Below, piece by piece: positions 1 to 7,920 of a DNA stretch of 64,000 nucleotides. A program made the translations under genes and the position numbers. The stretch spans positions 1 to 64,000 of the IMG/VR virus record IMGVR_UViG_3300021962_000060; one strand, 5' to 3'. A model generated the notes under the pieces. That model was not told where the DNA came from, did not search any database, and was given only the letters and a program-made list of their open reading frames with translations. How positions within the stretch are numbered: the first letter of the stretch is position 1; every line of letters begins with the position of its first letter. The DNA is from a virus.

Positions 1-244
1 TGAAACCGGACTGCCGGTGGAAATCACCGACCTGTTCACCGAAACCGATGCCAAGGCTCCGGCGTACCATCTCGCCCACCGGATCCTGTCCGCCGGCGTG
101 GTTCGCCCCGAATGGGCGAATGTTCAGGTGGTCACGATGCGAACCGGAACCATCACCACCGGAAAGGGTGGAACCATCACCGGCGAAACCACCACCACCG
201 GAAAGGTCGGCACCGTTCGGGTGTTCATCACGCCGGTGTCCTGA
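1..244 (+). CDS. Array family A protein, 5'-truncated by window edge
   Basis: C-terminus (YHLAHRILS..RPEWANV..ITGETTTT..RVFITP) aligns by eye with 706-1089 and 2059-2448; followed by terminator. Confidence 0.8.
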   Translation, partial: ETGLPVEITDLFTETDAKAPAYHLAHRILSAGVVRPEWANVQVVTMRTGTITTGKGGTITGETTTTGKVGTVRVFITPVS

Positions 245-260
245 CCGAACCGAACCACCG

Positions 261-300
261 AAAGGGAACCCCGACCCGAAAGGGTCGGGGTTCTCCCTTT
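261..300. terminator. Intrinsic terminator hairpin
   Basis: AAAGGGAACCCCGACCC-GAAA-GGGTCGGGGTTCTCCCTTT directly after stop at 244. Confidence 0.85.
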
Positions 301-303
301 CCC

Positions 304-367
304 GACCCACTTTCGGGTCTGGCGTACTGACCCACTTTCGGGTCGAGCGTACTGACCCACTTTCGGG
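304..367. repeat. Tandem repeat, 25-bp period, about 2.6 copies
   Basis: GACCCACTTTCGGG starts at 304, 329, 354, linked by TCnnGCGTACT. Confidence 0.9.
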
Positions 368-515
368 CAGGGATCCCTGGAACCAAACGGCTGCCAGATC
401 GAGGTCGGCTGGAGTACTGATCTAACGTTAGACCCGATTGAGTAAACAATCCCTTCCCATCGGCTGAGTCCGATCAGATAAGAAAACTCTAACGTTAGAC
501 CGCAAAATCCTAAAG

Positions 516-560
516 GCGGGTGTACAGCGGGGTCGCTACGCTGGGGAGCCGTACACCCGC
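516..560. repeat. Spacer hairpin, variant II
   Basis: GCGGGTGTAC...GTACACCCGC enclosing GGGTCGCTACGCTGGGGA; paralog at 1847-1892. Confidence 0.85.
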
Positions 561-650
561 TGGGCAGATTGTTGCGATTGCAACTAGTTGAGTGAATGTT
601 GCAATTGCAACGAACACGTTTCTGGGCGGCGCATCGACCCAATCCCAGAA

Positions 651-686
651 ACGGAGAAGCCCCGCCGTTTCCGGCGGGGCTTCCGT
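651..686 (-). terminator. Terminator for 706-1089
   Basis: GAAGCCCCGCCG-TTTC-CGGCGGGGCTTC hairpin downstream of the stop. Confidence 0.75.
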
Positions 687-705
687 TGTTGCGGTGCGGT
701 GCGGG

Positions 706-1089
706 TCAGGCCACGGGTGCGATGACCACGTGTGTCGCACGTGTCGTCGTCGTTTCGCCGGTAATCTCCGTGCGGGTCGCCGTAACGTTCCGCATTCCGA
801 CAACGGCGACATTGTGCCAGTAGGGACGAATTGCGCCGTGTGAGAGCGCACGGTGCGCCGTGTGGTACACCTTGTCCGAACCGTCCACGGGGAACAGGTC
901 AGAAACGTCCACGCTCTTGCCGGTGCGGATGACCGTCAGCACCACGGCGAGAAGAGCGGTGACCCGCGCCCAATTCGCACGGTTGGAACCGTTGCCATTG
1001 TCGCGGTACTCCGTGACCAATTTCTGCGCCTGTTGCGCGTCGGACGGCGACACTTTCGCCGTGGTGAATGTTGCCTGCTTTGTGTCCAT
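706..1089 (-). CDS. Array family A protein (MDTKQ...)
   Basis: AGGAGG SD before ATG at 1089; homologous to 1-244 and 2059-2448. Confidence 0.85.
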   Translation of the reverse strand: MDTKQATFTTAKVSPSDAQQAQKLVTEYRDNGNGSNRANWARVTALLAVVLTVIRTGKSVDVSDLFPVDGSDKVYHTAHRALSHGAIRPYWHNVAVVGMRNVTATRTEITGETTTTRATHVVIAPVA

Positions 1090-1344
1090 CGGACACCTCC
1101 TTGTGTGCCGGTGCGATGACCGGATGAGAAGAGCGTAGCAGAAACAAACGGAGAAACACAACGCTAGGGCAACAATTAGAGAATGTTCACCTAAAGTTTA
1201 CTTACACAATGCAAATAATAATCATTCACTAATTTGCATAATAATGCAGTCGAGAAGATGACGGTTCTATCGTTAGAGCCGGCGACCACACCCCTGGTTT
1301 CTAACGTTAGAAATCTGACTTTATGAGAGGCTTGCATCTGGCCG

Positions 1345-1386
1345 GCTGGTGCGCTATTACGCTCGTTCCTCACTTAGCGCACCAGC
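1345..1386. repeat. Spacer hairpin, variant III
   Basis: GCTGGTGCGCTA...TAGCGCACCAGC with GCTCGTTCCTCAC loop; paralog at 2654-2694. Confidence 0.9.
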
Positions 1387-1478
1387 GGCTCTAACGTTAT
1401 ATACATTATAACTTTATTACACATTTCTAACGATACAAATATTTCTTCTAACGTTGGGAAAAATCTAGTCTAGGGTCG

Positions 1479-1506
1479 TTGACTTTCCCTGACGAGTTAC
1501 TAAGAT
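1479..1506 (+). promoter_or_regulatory. Sigma70/SigA-type promoter for a leaderless transcript
   Basis: TTGACT-N16-TAAGAT; ATG 6 nt after the -10 box, no SD. Confidence 0.7.
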
Positions 1507-1512
1507 GAAGAC

Positions 1513-1713
1513 ATGGCAAAACAAATACACACACTCACCATTCAGTTCCCGACCCGCCAAGCATTAGCAGACTTTGTGCGAGACCATTTCGAGGCTGGTC
1601 TAGCAGTCTACGAGGCTGACGCTCTTGACCCCGAATATGTTGGCAATCCTGGTTCCAACTCATACGTCCTGCGTCGTGCCGGTCACAAGCCTGAAGAAAT
1701 GCGGGTCGCCTAA
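1513..1713 (+). CDS. Cassette hypothetical protein (66 aa)
   Basis: ORF between promoter and terminator hairpins. Confidence 0.8.
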   Translation: MAKQIHTLTIQFPTRQALADFVRDHFEAGLAVYEADALDPEYVGNPGSNSYVLRRAGHKPEEMRVA

Positions 1714-1846
1714 CGACCCTCGTTCATGGTCATGCCGATCCGAAAGAGGGTCGTCATGACCACAACCAAACGTTAGAACCCGCCCCAAAAGGCGGGTCTC
1801 TTTCGGATAACAATTCTAACGTTAGGAATACAGTTCTAACGTTAGG

Positions 1847-1892
1847 GCGGGCGTGCGGTGGGGTCGCTACGCTGGGGAACAAGCACGCCCGC
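1847..1892. repeat. Spacer hairpin, variant II
   Basis: GCGGGCGTGC...GCACGCCCGC; compensatory changes relative to 516-560. Confidence 0.85.
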
Positions 1893-2058
1893 TGGCACGA
1901 TAGTTGCAAACGCAACAAGTTGAGTGAATGTTGTAAATGCAACGAACGCAATAGTTCTAACGATAGGAACCGGACTTTATTCGACCGTCGCGGCACTTCG
2001 GTACAAACGAAAGACCCCGCCCTCTCGGGCGGGGTCTCGTTGCCGTCGCTCTCGTTTG

Positions 2059-2448
2059 TCAGTTTGGCGTGATGAAGACTCGCCCGTGCCCCTTGCTCGT
2101 TGCCGTCTTGCCCGTGATGCTCGTTGCCGTTTCGCCTTCCACGCTCACGAACATAGTCACGCTGAAAGTCTTCCCGAGCATCTTCTCAAACGTGCGAGTC
2201 CGAGACCACGCAACGTGGTACTCGTTGCTCTTGCCAATGAGAGGTCGAACCTCGTTGGTGACTTCCACGCTGTCGCCCGTGATGAGAGCGACGAGGACAG
2301 CAAGGCGAATCGCATCGCCAGCCTTGCGAGTGTCCGAGTCGGGACTTCCCGAGCGATTGCCCAACGGGGGGAGACTTGCGAGGTGAGCGACAGCCTTCGC
2401 CATTGTCGCTTTGTTCACCTTCGCCTTTCGTAGTGTCGTAGTTTCCAT
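2059..2448 (-). CDS. Array family A protein (METTTLRKAKV...)
   Basis: GAAAGG SD; upstream TTGACT-N17-TAGTTT; terminator at 2011-2040; homologous to 706-1089. Confidence 0.85.
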   Translation of the reverse strand: METTTLRKAKVNKATMAKAVAHLASLPPLGNRSGSPDSDTRKAGDAIRLAVLVALITGDSVEVTNEVRPLIGKSNEYHVAWSRTRTFEKMLGKTFSVTMFVSVEGETATSITGKTATSKGHGRVFITPN

Positions 2449-2653
2449 TGCCTTGCCTTTCGTGAATCGGCGTTATTGCCGTACCTAGGAAACTAATCGG
2501 TATTCGCAAGCGAGTCAAGGGGAAATGTTTATTCATAGTCACGCATAACGATACAAGAAACCGGCGAGTCGAATCTCTATCGTTAGAGCCGGCAAGTCGA
2601 GCCTACTTTCTAACGTTAGAGAAATGACTTTATGAAAGCCCTAACGTTAGAGC

Positions 2654-2694
2654 GCTGGTGCGCTATTTGCTCGTTCCTCACGTAGCGCACCAGC
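2654..2694. repeat. Spacer hairpin, variant III
   Basis: GCTGGTGCGCTA...TAGCGCACCAGC flanked by CTAACGTTAG at 2641 and 2699. Confidence 0.9.
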
Positions 2695-2805
2695 CGCTCT
2701 AACGTTAGAGAACAGCAGAAGTTTAGCGTATTTCTAACGATAGGAACTCGACTTTATGAAGGCTCTAACGTTTCAAAAAAACTTTGTAACGATACAAAAC
2801 AATGC

Positions 2806-2834
2806 TTGACCACCTTGTAGGTATCGCATAGGAT
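2806..2834 (+). promoter_or_regulatory. Sigma70/SigA-type promoter
   Basis: TTGACC-N17-TAGGAT. Confidence 0.7.
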
Positions 2835-2873
2835 TATCTCATCGGGAACGGAGTACCGATACGAAAGGAAGTT

Positions 2874-3089
2874 ATGGCAGTTTCACGGGCAGTCAAGGAC
2901 TTGTTCCTGACCGACGAACTCGGTTGGCAAGAAGCAGAACAAATCGAGGCTATCGTTAGCACGGTGTCTCCCGAATGGCAGAACGCTCTGCGGTTCTGTA
3001 TCGTTATCGGTCGCAAGGGCGACAGCGACGCTTTCCGCGACCTCGCCAAGCGTATCCTGCGGAACGAGCAAACGTTAGGGGGTGAGTGA
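2874..3089 (+). CDS. Cassette hypothetical protein (71 aa)
   Basis: GAAAGGAAG SD, promoter upstream. Confidence 0.8.
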   Translation: MAVSRAVKDLFLTDELGWQEAEQIEAIVSTVSPEWQNALRFCIVIGRKGDSDAFRDLAKRILRNEQTLGGE

Positions 3090-3090
3090 G

Positions 3091-3246
3091 ATGCCCAAGC
3101 GTTCACGCTGGTACTACGAAATCCGTTGGCTGGTTCGTGTAACGTTCTGGACAGCCGTATGCCTGATAGCGACGGCGACCCTCGTATCGTTAGCGGTGTT
3201 CCTGACGGACTTCGTGAACTACGTCTGGCACGGTACAGGTCGATAG
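3091..3246 (+). CDS. Small single-pass membrane protein (51 aa; not in ORF track)
   Basis: MPKRSRWYYEIRWLVRVTFWTAVCLIATATLVSLAVFLTDFVNYVWHGTGR*; purine-rich SD; followed by terminator at about 3265-3296. Confidence 0.7.
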   Translation: MPKRSRWYYEIRWLVRVTFWTAVCLIATATLVSLAVFLTDFVNYVWHGTGR

Positions 3247-3323
3247 CGTATCGTTAGACAAGTCGAAACCGGCCCTATCGTTAGGGTCGGTTTTCGCTTC
3301 CGCCATGCCCTAACGTTAGAAGC

Positions 3324-3364
3324 GCCGGTGTTCTAACGTTGATGCTCAACGTTAGAACACCGGC
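3324..3364. repeat. Spacer hairpin, variant I
   Basis: Perfect 19-bp stem GCCGGTGTTCTAACGTTGA, loop TGC. Confidence 0.95.
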
Positions 3365-3510
3365 TTGTCTAACGATAGAAAAGTTATTGTATTTAGTAGA
3401 TTTCTAACGATAGCAATCAGACTTTATCAGAGCTCTAACGTTTCAAAATATTTCTAAAGATTTCCTACAATAGTGTGGAATAGCCTTACTGGTCGCCTAG
3501 AGTTACTGAC

Positions 3511-3795
3511 ATGAACACATACACAGAACACAACAGCCCCGAAGAAGCCATCGCCTACTGCGCCGAGCACAATGACGAACTCTTCCCCGAAGCCAAAGAA
3601 CTCACCATCACCGGCACACTCTCCTGCCCGATGTGCCGTTCCAAAGCGTGGATCATCATGCCTGCCGAGTGGGTCGATGCGTTCCTGTCCGGTGCGTTCG
3701 CACAGGATGCGTTTCCGAACATGACATCCTCACAGCGAGAGCGGTTCATCACAGGGATCTGCCCATCCTGCTGGGGCAAGATGTTCGCACGCTGA
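3511..3795 (+). CDS. Cassette protein with two CxxC motifs (Zn-binding)
   Basis: CPMC...CPSC; leaderless (TAGAGT 7 nt before ATG); terminator at 3806-3836. Confidence 0.85.
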   Translation: MNTYTEHNSPEEAIAYCAEHNDELFPEAKELTITGTLSCPMCRSKAWIIMPAEWVDAFLSGAFAQDAFPNMTSSQRERFITGICPSCWGKMFAR

Positions 3796-3859
3796 ACCAA
3801 CGTTAGAAGCCCGCCCTACGGGGCGGGCTTCTTTCGGCTAGCGACACTAACGTTAGAGC

Positions 3860-3901
3860 GCCGGTGTTCCAACGTTAGCTCGCTAACGTTGGAACACCGG
3901 C
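3860..3901. repeat. Spacer hairpin, variant I
   Basis: GCCGGTGTTCCAACGTTAGC-TC-GCTAACGTTGGAACACCGGC; compensatory T-A to C-G. Confidence 0.95.
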
Positions 3902-4036
3902 TGTGCTAACGTTACAGCCGAACTGGTATTTAGTACGGTTCTAACGATACAGGCTCGACTTTACCTGAGCTCTAACGTTTCAAAATATTTCCTAAATAGT
4001 TGTGAAATGGTCTTTCGGGCTGTTACCATCTTGTCT

Positions 4037-4351
4037 ATGAGCATTCATCACATCACAGACCAAGACATTGTTGATCACCTCGTCTATTCAGGTGCGAGCC
4101 AGTACAGTTGGTATCGTATCTTGGAATGGGACGGCAAGGACGTTCACGTTGAGATGTACACAGGTGAGGGCGGCATCGTTACAAAGTCTTTCCTCATCTC
4201 TCAGTTGCGAGATGTTATCGTTAGCATCCTCAACGATGTGGAACCCTACAGCCCCCGGATTGCGCGAGCAGTCGTAGAAGATGACTTTGACTCGGACGAC
4301 GCGGATGTGGTTCTCCAGATCGCAACGTTAGGGGAGGTGGTCTTCGGCTGA
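4037..4351 (+). CDS. Cassette acidic hypothetical protein
   Basis: Start re-called at ATG 4037 (TACCAT -10 box 7 nt upstream); terminator at 4377-4406. Confidence 0.85.
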   Translation: MSIHHITDQDIVDHLVYSGASQYSWYRILEWDGKDVHVEMYTGEGGIVTKSFLISQLRDVIVSILNDVEPYSPRIARAVVEDDFDSDDADVVLQIATLGEVVFG

Positions 4352-4429
4352 CGAACCCCCAGTCGGTCGAACGTTAGAACCCGCCCTTCGGGGCGGGTTT
4401 CTTTCGACCCGGTACTCTAACGTTAGAGC

Positions 4430-4470
4430 GCCGGTGTTCTAACGTTGACGCTCAACGTTAGAACACCGGC
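4430..4470. repeat. Spacer hairpin, variant I
   Basis: Perfect 19-bp stem, loop CGC. Confidence 0.95.
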
Positions 4471-4604
4471 TGTTCTAACGTTAGAACTTTTACTGACTTT
4501 AGCACATTTCTAACGATAGATAAGTGACTTTATGTCGGCTCTAACGTTTCAAAATAATTTGTAAACATTAGTCTGGAATTGGTAGAACTTGCTAGAATCT
4601 CTCT

Positions 4605-5234
4605 ATGAACAAAACCACCTGTATCTACTGCGGAGTACCGAGAGTCCACCCTGAACGAATCTATCGTTACTGCAACAGCGAAGAGTGCGTGAAGAGGGGA
4701 CAGTCCTACGAATCACCTATCTATGACAGCACCACGGTGACTGACAGCACGGCAGAACTGACCGATACCATCGCCACGCTGGAATCAGAACTAGCAATCG
4801 CTAGCGATAGAATCGCAACCCTCACGGGGCGGGTCGCTGAATTTCAGGCACAAATTGACAAGGGGTTCGCTGATGCCCACAAGGTGTACGACAACGCTAT
4901 CAGCGTCGGTCGGTTTGATTGTCTCCGTTCTATGGTTAGGCAGCATAACGAATTCGTGATGTCTAGTGGGCTATCGACCCACCCTGATGAATACGTTAGA
5001 GACATCTACGGGCAGATGTTGTCACTACTGGAAAGAGACATGAAGAAGGTAGGAATCAGAACATACGGAACGTTAGGCGAGTGGGTCGTTCTCTCTCCTG
5101 ACACCGAATACAACCATGCCCGATACTTGGCAGAGGACAAGGGGACACGCATCTACGAAGGTGAAGTGGTGCGGGTCGGTTACGAAACCGAAACCGGAAT
5201 GGTCATAGAACCAGCCCTCGTTATCAAATACTGA
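4605..5234 (+). CDS. Cassette protein: N-terminal C4 Zn ribbon, coiled coil, GrpE-like C-terminus
   Basis: CIYC..YC..EC; heptad region; VGIRTYGTLGE...VVRVGY...VIEPALV resembles the GrpE head; leaderless TAGAAT. Confidence 0.7.
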   Translation: MNKTTCIYCGVPRVHPERIYRYCNSEECVKRGQSYESPIYDSTTVTDSTAELTDTIATLESELAIASDRIATLTGRVAEFQAQIDKGFADAHKVYDNAISVGRFDCLRSMVRQHNEFVMSSGLSTHPDEYVRDIYGQMLSLLERDMKKVGIRTYGTLGEWVVLSPDTEYNHARYLAEDKGTRIYEGEVVRVGYETETGMVIEPALVIKY

Positions 5235-5299
5235 ATCCAACGTTAGAGGCCGGCTCCGAAGCCGGCTCTCTTTCGCTGGCATCCCCTAACGTTAGAAGC

Positions 5300-5340
5300 G
5301 CCGGTGTTCTAACGTTGAGCATCAACGTTAGAACACCGGC
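5300..5340. repeat. Spacer hairpin, variant I
   Basis: Perfect 19-bp stem, loop GCA. Confidence 0.95.
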
Positions 5341-5474
5341 TGTGCTAACGTTAGAGAATCGCATAGATTGAGTGAACTTCTAACGATAGAGGCTCGACTT
5401 TATCCAAGCTCTAACGTTTCAAAATAATCTAGAAATAGTAGTGAAATGGTTAGTGGAGTCGCTAAGATGTCGCT

Positions 5475-5855
5475 ATGACCTACAACCTCAGATTCACCTA
5501 TCGACCCCTTTCCGATTCGTTGATGATTTACGTTGATAACGATAGATTCACGAACGCTGATACCGTGATTCAAGCCCAGTTGGGCGATGACCTAACATTG
5601 GAGATTGCCAACATTGACGGATTCCCGCTGTTCTCCGGTGTTCAGATTATGAACGCATCGTTCATTCCGGTGTGGACGGAACCCCTTGACAAGTTCCTAA
5701 CAATACAACTGCTGGACGCATTCGTTGATACCCTCTCCCGTCTTTCGTGGAAAGCCAACGAAACGGAACCGGAGAACATCTTTGAGCGAATCATTGGGGA
5801 ACGCTGGACGATGCTGGCAGAACGGAAAGACCTTGCTATCACGATGCCCGACTGA
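5475..5855 (+). CDS. Cassette hypothetical protein (126 aa)
   Basis: Leaderless (TAAGAT 6 nt before ATG); terminator at 5881-5910. Confidence 0.85.
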   Translation: MTYNLRFTYRPLSDSLMIYVDNDRFTNADTVIQAQLGDDLTLEIANIDGFPLFSGVQIMNASFIPVWTEPLDKFLTIQLLDAFVDTLSRLSWKANETEPENIFERIIGERWTMLAERKDLAITMPD

Positions 5856-5933
5856 ATCGACCCACTCGGCACAAACGTTAGAGGCCGCCCTTCGGGGCGG
5901 CTCTCTTTCGCCATCATCCCCTAACGTTAGAGC

Positions 5934-5974
5934 GCCGGTGTTCTAACGTTGACGCTCAACGTTAGAACACCGGC
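5934..5974. repeat. Spacer hairpin, variant I
   Basis: Identical to 4430-4470. Confidence 0.95.
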
Positions 5975-6154
5975 TGTTCTAACGTTAGAAGATCTCTAAC
6001 GTTTAGTGAGTTTCTAACGATAGGAGCTCGACTTTATGAGCTCTCTAACGTTTCAAATTTCTTTCTAACGATACAAGAAAGTCGGGAAAGAATGTCGGAA
6101 AGGGTAGGGTAGGTGCTAGTCTTTCTCTTGTCGGAAGGGCAGTCCTCCCGACAG

Positions 6155-6170
6155 TGTTCCACGTGGAACA
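6155..6170. promoter_or_regulatory. parS: parS-consensus palindrome
   Basis: TGTTCCACGTGGAACA matches the bacterial chromosomal parS consensus TGTTYCACGTGRAACA. Confidence 0.7.
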
Positions 6171-6191
6171 CTCCAAACGAAAGGTACAAGA

Positions 6192-6467
6192 ATGTCGGAC
6201 TTTGAGATTGTGGATGCGAAGAGCGTTCAGTTCGTGAAGAGGGGTCGCAAGTCGGTCGCTGATCCCAAGTTGGTGGAAGCCCTCAAGAAACTGCCTAACG
6301 GCAAGGCGATGGTCATCGCAAGCCTCAAGCAGGATCCCAAGGCGGACACTTACGCTAACGATAAGGCGCGGGTCGCTAGTCAGATCCGCACGGCTTGTAA
6401 GTCGGCAGGGCTGGACAGTTTCTCCATTCGGTGGACTGAGACCGGCGTTCCGCAGGTCGTTCGCTGA
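6192..6467 (+). CDS. Array family B small basic protein (FVKRGRKS), putative DNA-binding
   Basis: GAAAGG SD; clear similarity to 7306-7599 and 7921-8211. Confidence 0.9.
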   Translation: MSDFEIVDAKSVQFVKRGRKSVADPKLVEALKKLPNGKAMVIASLKQDPKADTYANDKARVASQIRTACKSAGLDSFSIRWTETGVPQVVR

Positions 6468-6545
6468 ATCGACCCACTCAGGGCAAACGTTAGGGGTTGG
6501 GCTTGCCGCCCGGCCCCTTTCGTTCGCTCCGGCCTCTAACGTTAG

Positions 6546-6589
6546 GGCAGGTGTTCTAACGTTAGCACGCTAACGTTAGAACACCTGCC
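6546..6589. repeat. Spacer hairpin, variant I
   Basis: GGCAGGTGTTCTAACGTTAGC-AC-GCTAACGTTAGAACACCTGCC; compensatory C-G to A-T. Confidence 0.95.
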
Positions 6590-6718
6590 GCGCTAACGTT
6601 AGCGTGATGCTCCAATTGAGTACACATCTAACGATACAAGAAATCCGCATAATAGTTCTTATTTCACCAATTCGACCGGCTAGGATAGTCTCACCATCCA
6701 ATAGAGAAAGGTCAAGTA

Positions 6719-7003
6719 ATGGAAAGAGTTAGTGGACAACTGAGCATCCCTACTGAGAACTGGGTCATCTTCTGTAAATACATGGATGTTCTGACCGACA
6801 TGATCCCAGTGATCGACGCACATGATAAGATTATTTCCGAAATCCCCTCCATTCTTCTGGGTGTTCCCCAGAAATTGGCAAACATCATCGTTCACCATTT
6901 GATCGGCTTGGACATTATGGGGAACATTGGTTACGCCAAGGAATTAGTCGAAGAAGCACTGTCCTATCATTACAAGATGCCGATGACGCTTGTGATTGAC
7001 TGA
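6719..7003 (+). CDS. Cassette hypothetical protein (94 aa)
   Basis: GAAAGG SD; terminator at 7022-7051. Confidence 0.8.
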   Translation: MERVSGQLSIPTENWVIFCKYMDVLTDMIPVIDAHDKIISEIPSILLGVPQKLANIIVHHLIGLDIMGNIGYAKELVEEALSYHYKMPMTLVID

Positions 7004-7075
7004 TAGTCGGCTGAAACGTTAGAACCCGCCCGAAAGGGCGGGTTTCTTTCGCATCGGAGTCCTAACGTTAGAAGC

Positions 7076-7116
7076 GCCGGTGTTCTAACGTTAGATGCTA
7101 ACGTTAGAACACCGGC
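7076..7116. repeat. Spacer hairpin, variant I
   Basis: Perfect 19-bp stem, loop ATG. Confidence 0.95.
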
Positions 7117-7305
7117 TGGGCTAACGTTAGAGGAGCTCTAACGTTTAGTGCGGTTCTAACGATAGACACTCGACTTTATGAGCTGTCTAACGTTTCAAAA
7201 TATTTTCTAACGATACAACAAAGTCCTAGAATAGTAGGGGAACGCCTAGTGGAACTGGTAGTGTCTTACTTGTCGGGGAACAAACGAACCGACAGAGAGG
7301 TAGAA

Positions 7306-7599
7306 ATGTCCAATCCGAAGTCCGGCGACGAGTTTGAGATTGTCTCGTCGTCATCTATCCAGTTCGTGAAGCGTGGTCGTAAGTCACTCGCAGACCCGAA
7401 ACTCATCGAACAACTCAAGATGCTCAACAAGGGACAAGCGATGGTGATTCGCAAGTACCAGCAAGACCCGAAGTCGGCAACCTACGCTAACGATAAGGCT
7501 CGCGTCGCCAGCCAGATTCGGACAGCGTGTAAGACCGCCAACCTCGTCGGATTCAGCATCGTCTGGTCGCCCGAGGGAATCCCGCAGGTCAAACTCTGA
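7306..7599 (+). CDS. Array family B protein
   Basis: GAGAGG SD before ATG 7306; FVKRGRKS...YANDKARVASQIRTAC. Confidence 0.9.
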   Translation: MSNPKSGDEFEIVSSSSIQFVKRGRKSLADPKLIEQLKMLNKGQAMVIRKYQQDPKSATYANDKARVASQIRTACKTANLVGFSIVWSPEGIPQVKL

Positions 7600-7687
7600 C
7601 CTAGCGTTAGAGAGGGAGCCGCCCCAACGTTAGGGGCGGCTTTCTTTCGACCCAGCTCTCTAACGTTAGACGCTAACGTTAGACGGA

Positions 7688-7724
7688 CGGGCGTAACGTT
7701 AGAAACGCTCTAACGTTACGCCCG
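7688..7724. repeat. Spacer hairpin (diverged)
   Basis: CGGGCGTAACGTTAGA-AACGC-TCTAACGTTACGCCCG. Confidence 0.9.
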
Positions 7725-7920
7725 CGCTAACGTTAGAACCTTATCCATAAAATTTTGTATCCAATTCCTAACACAAATACCATCAATCGACTTTATCTAA
7801 AATCTAATCCTAATGTTATAAAAACTTTATAAGGCCTAACGTTAGAACCTTATCTAAAGGAAATGCCTCGACTTTCGCCGAGGCATTCCTTAGGACTAGG
7901 CTTTGGGTTTGTGTTCGGAA

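Noticed and set aside
48-3106. Overlapping or antisense ORFs in the GC-rich zone (48-425, 124-642, 510-851, 853-1138, 1924-2433, 2069-2386, 2834-3106)
   Set aside because: Shadow frames of real genes or read-through of repeats and terminators; no SD or promoter support.
3310-7130. Canonical integron attC sites
   Set aside because: CTAAC/GTTAG cores resemble R boxes, but the adjacent region is paired, there is no L-box extrahelical pattern, cassettes have their own promoters and mixed orientation, and no intI is in the window. Kept only as an analogy.
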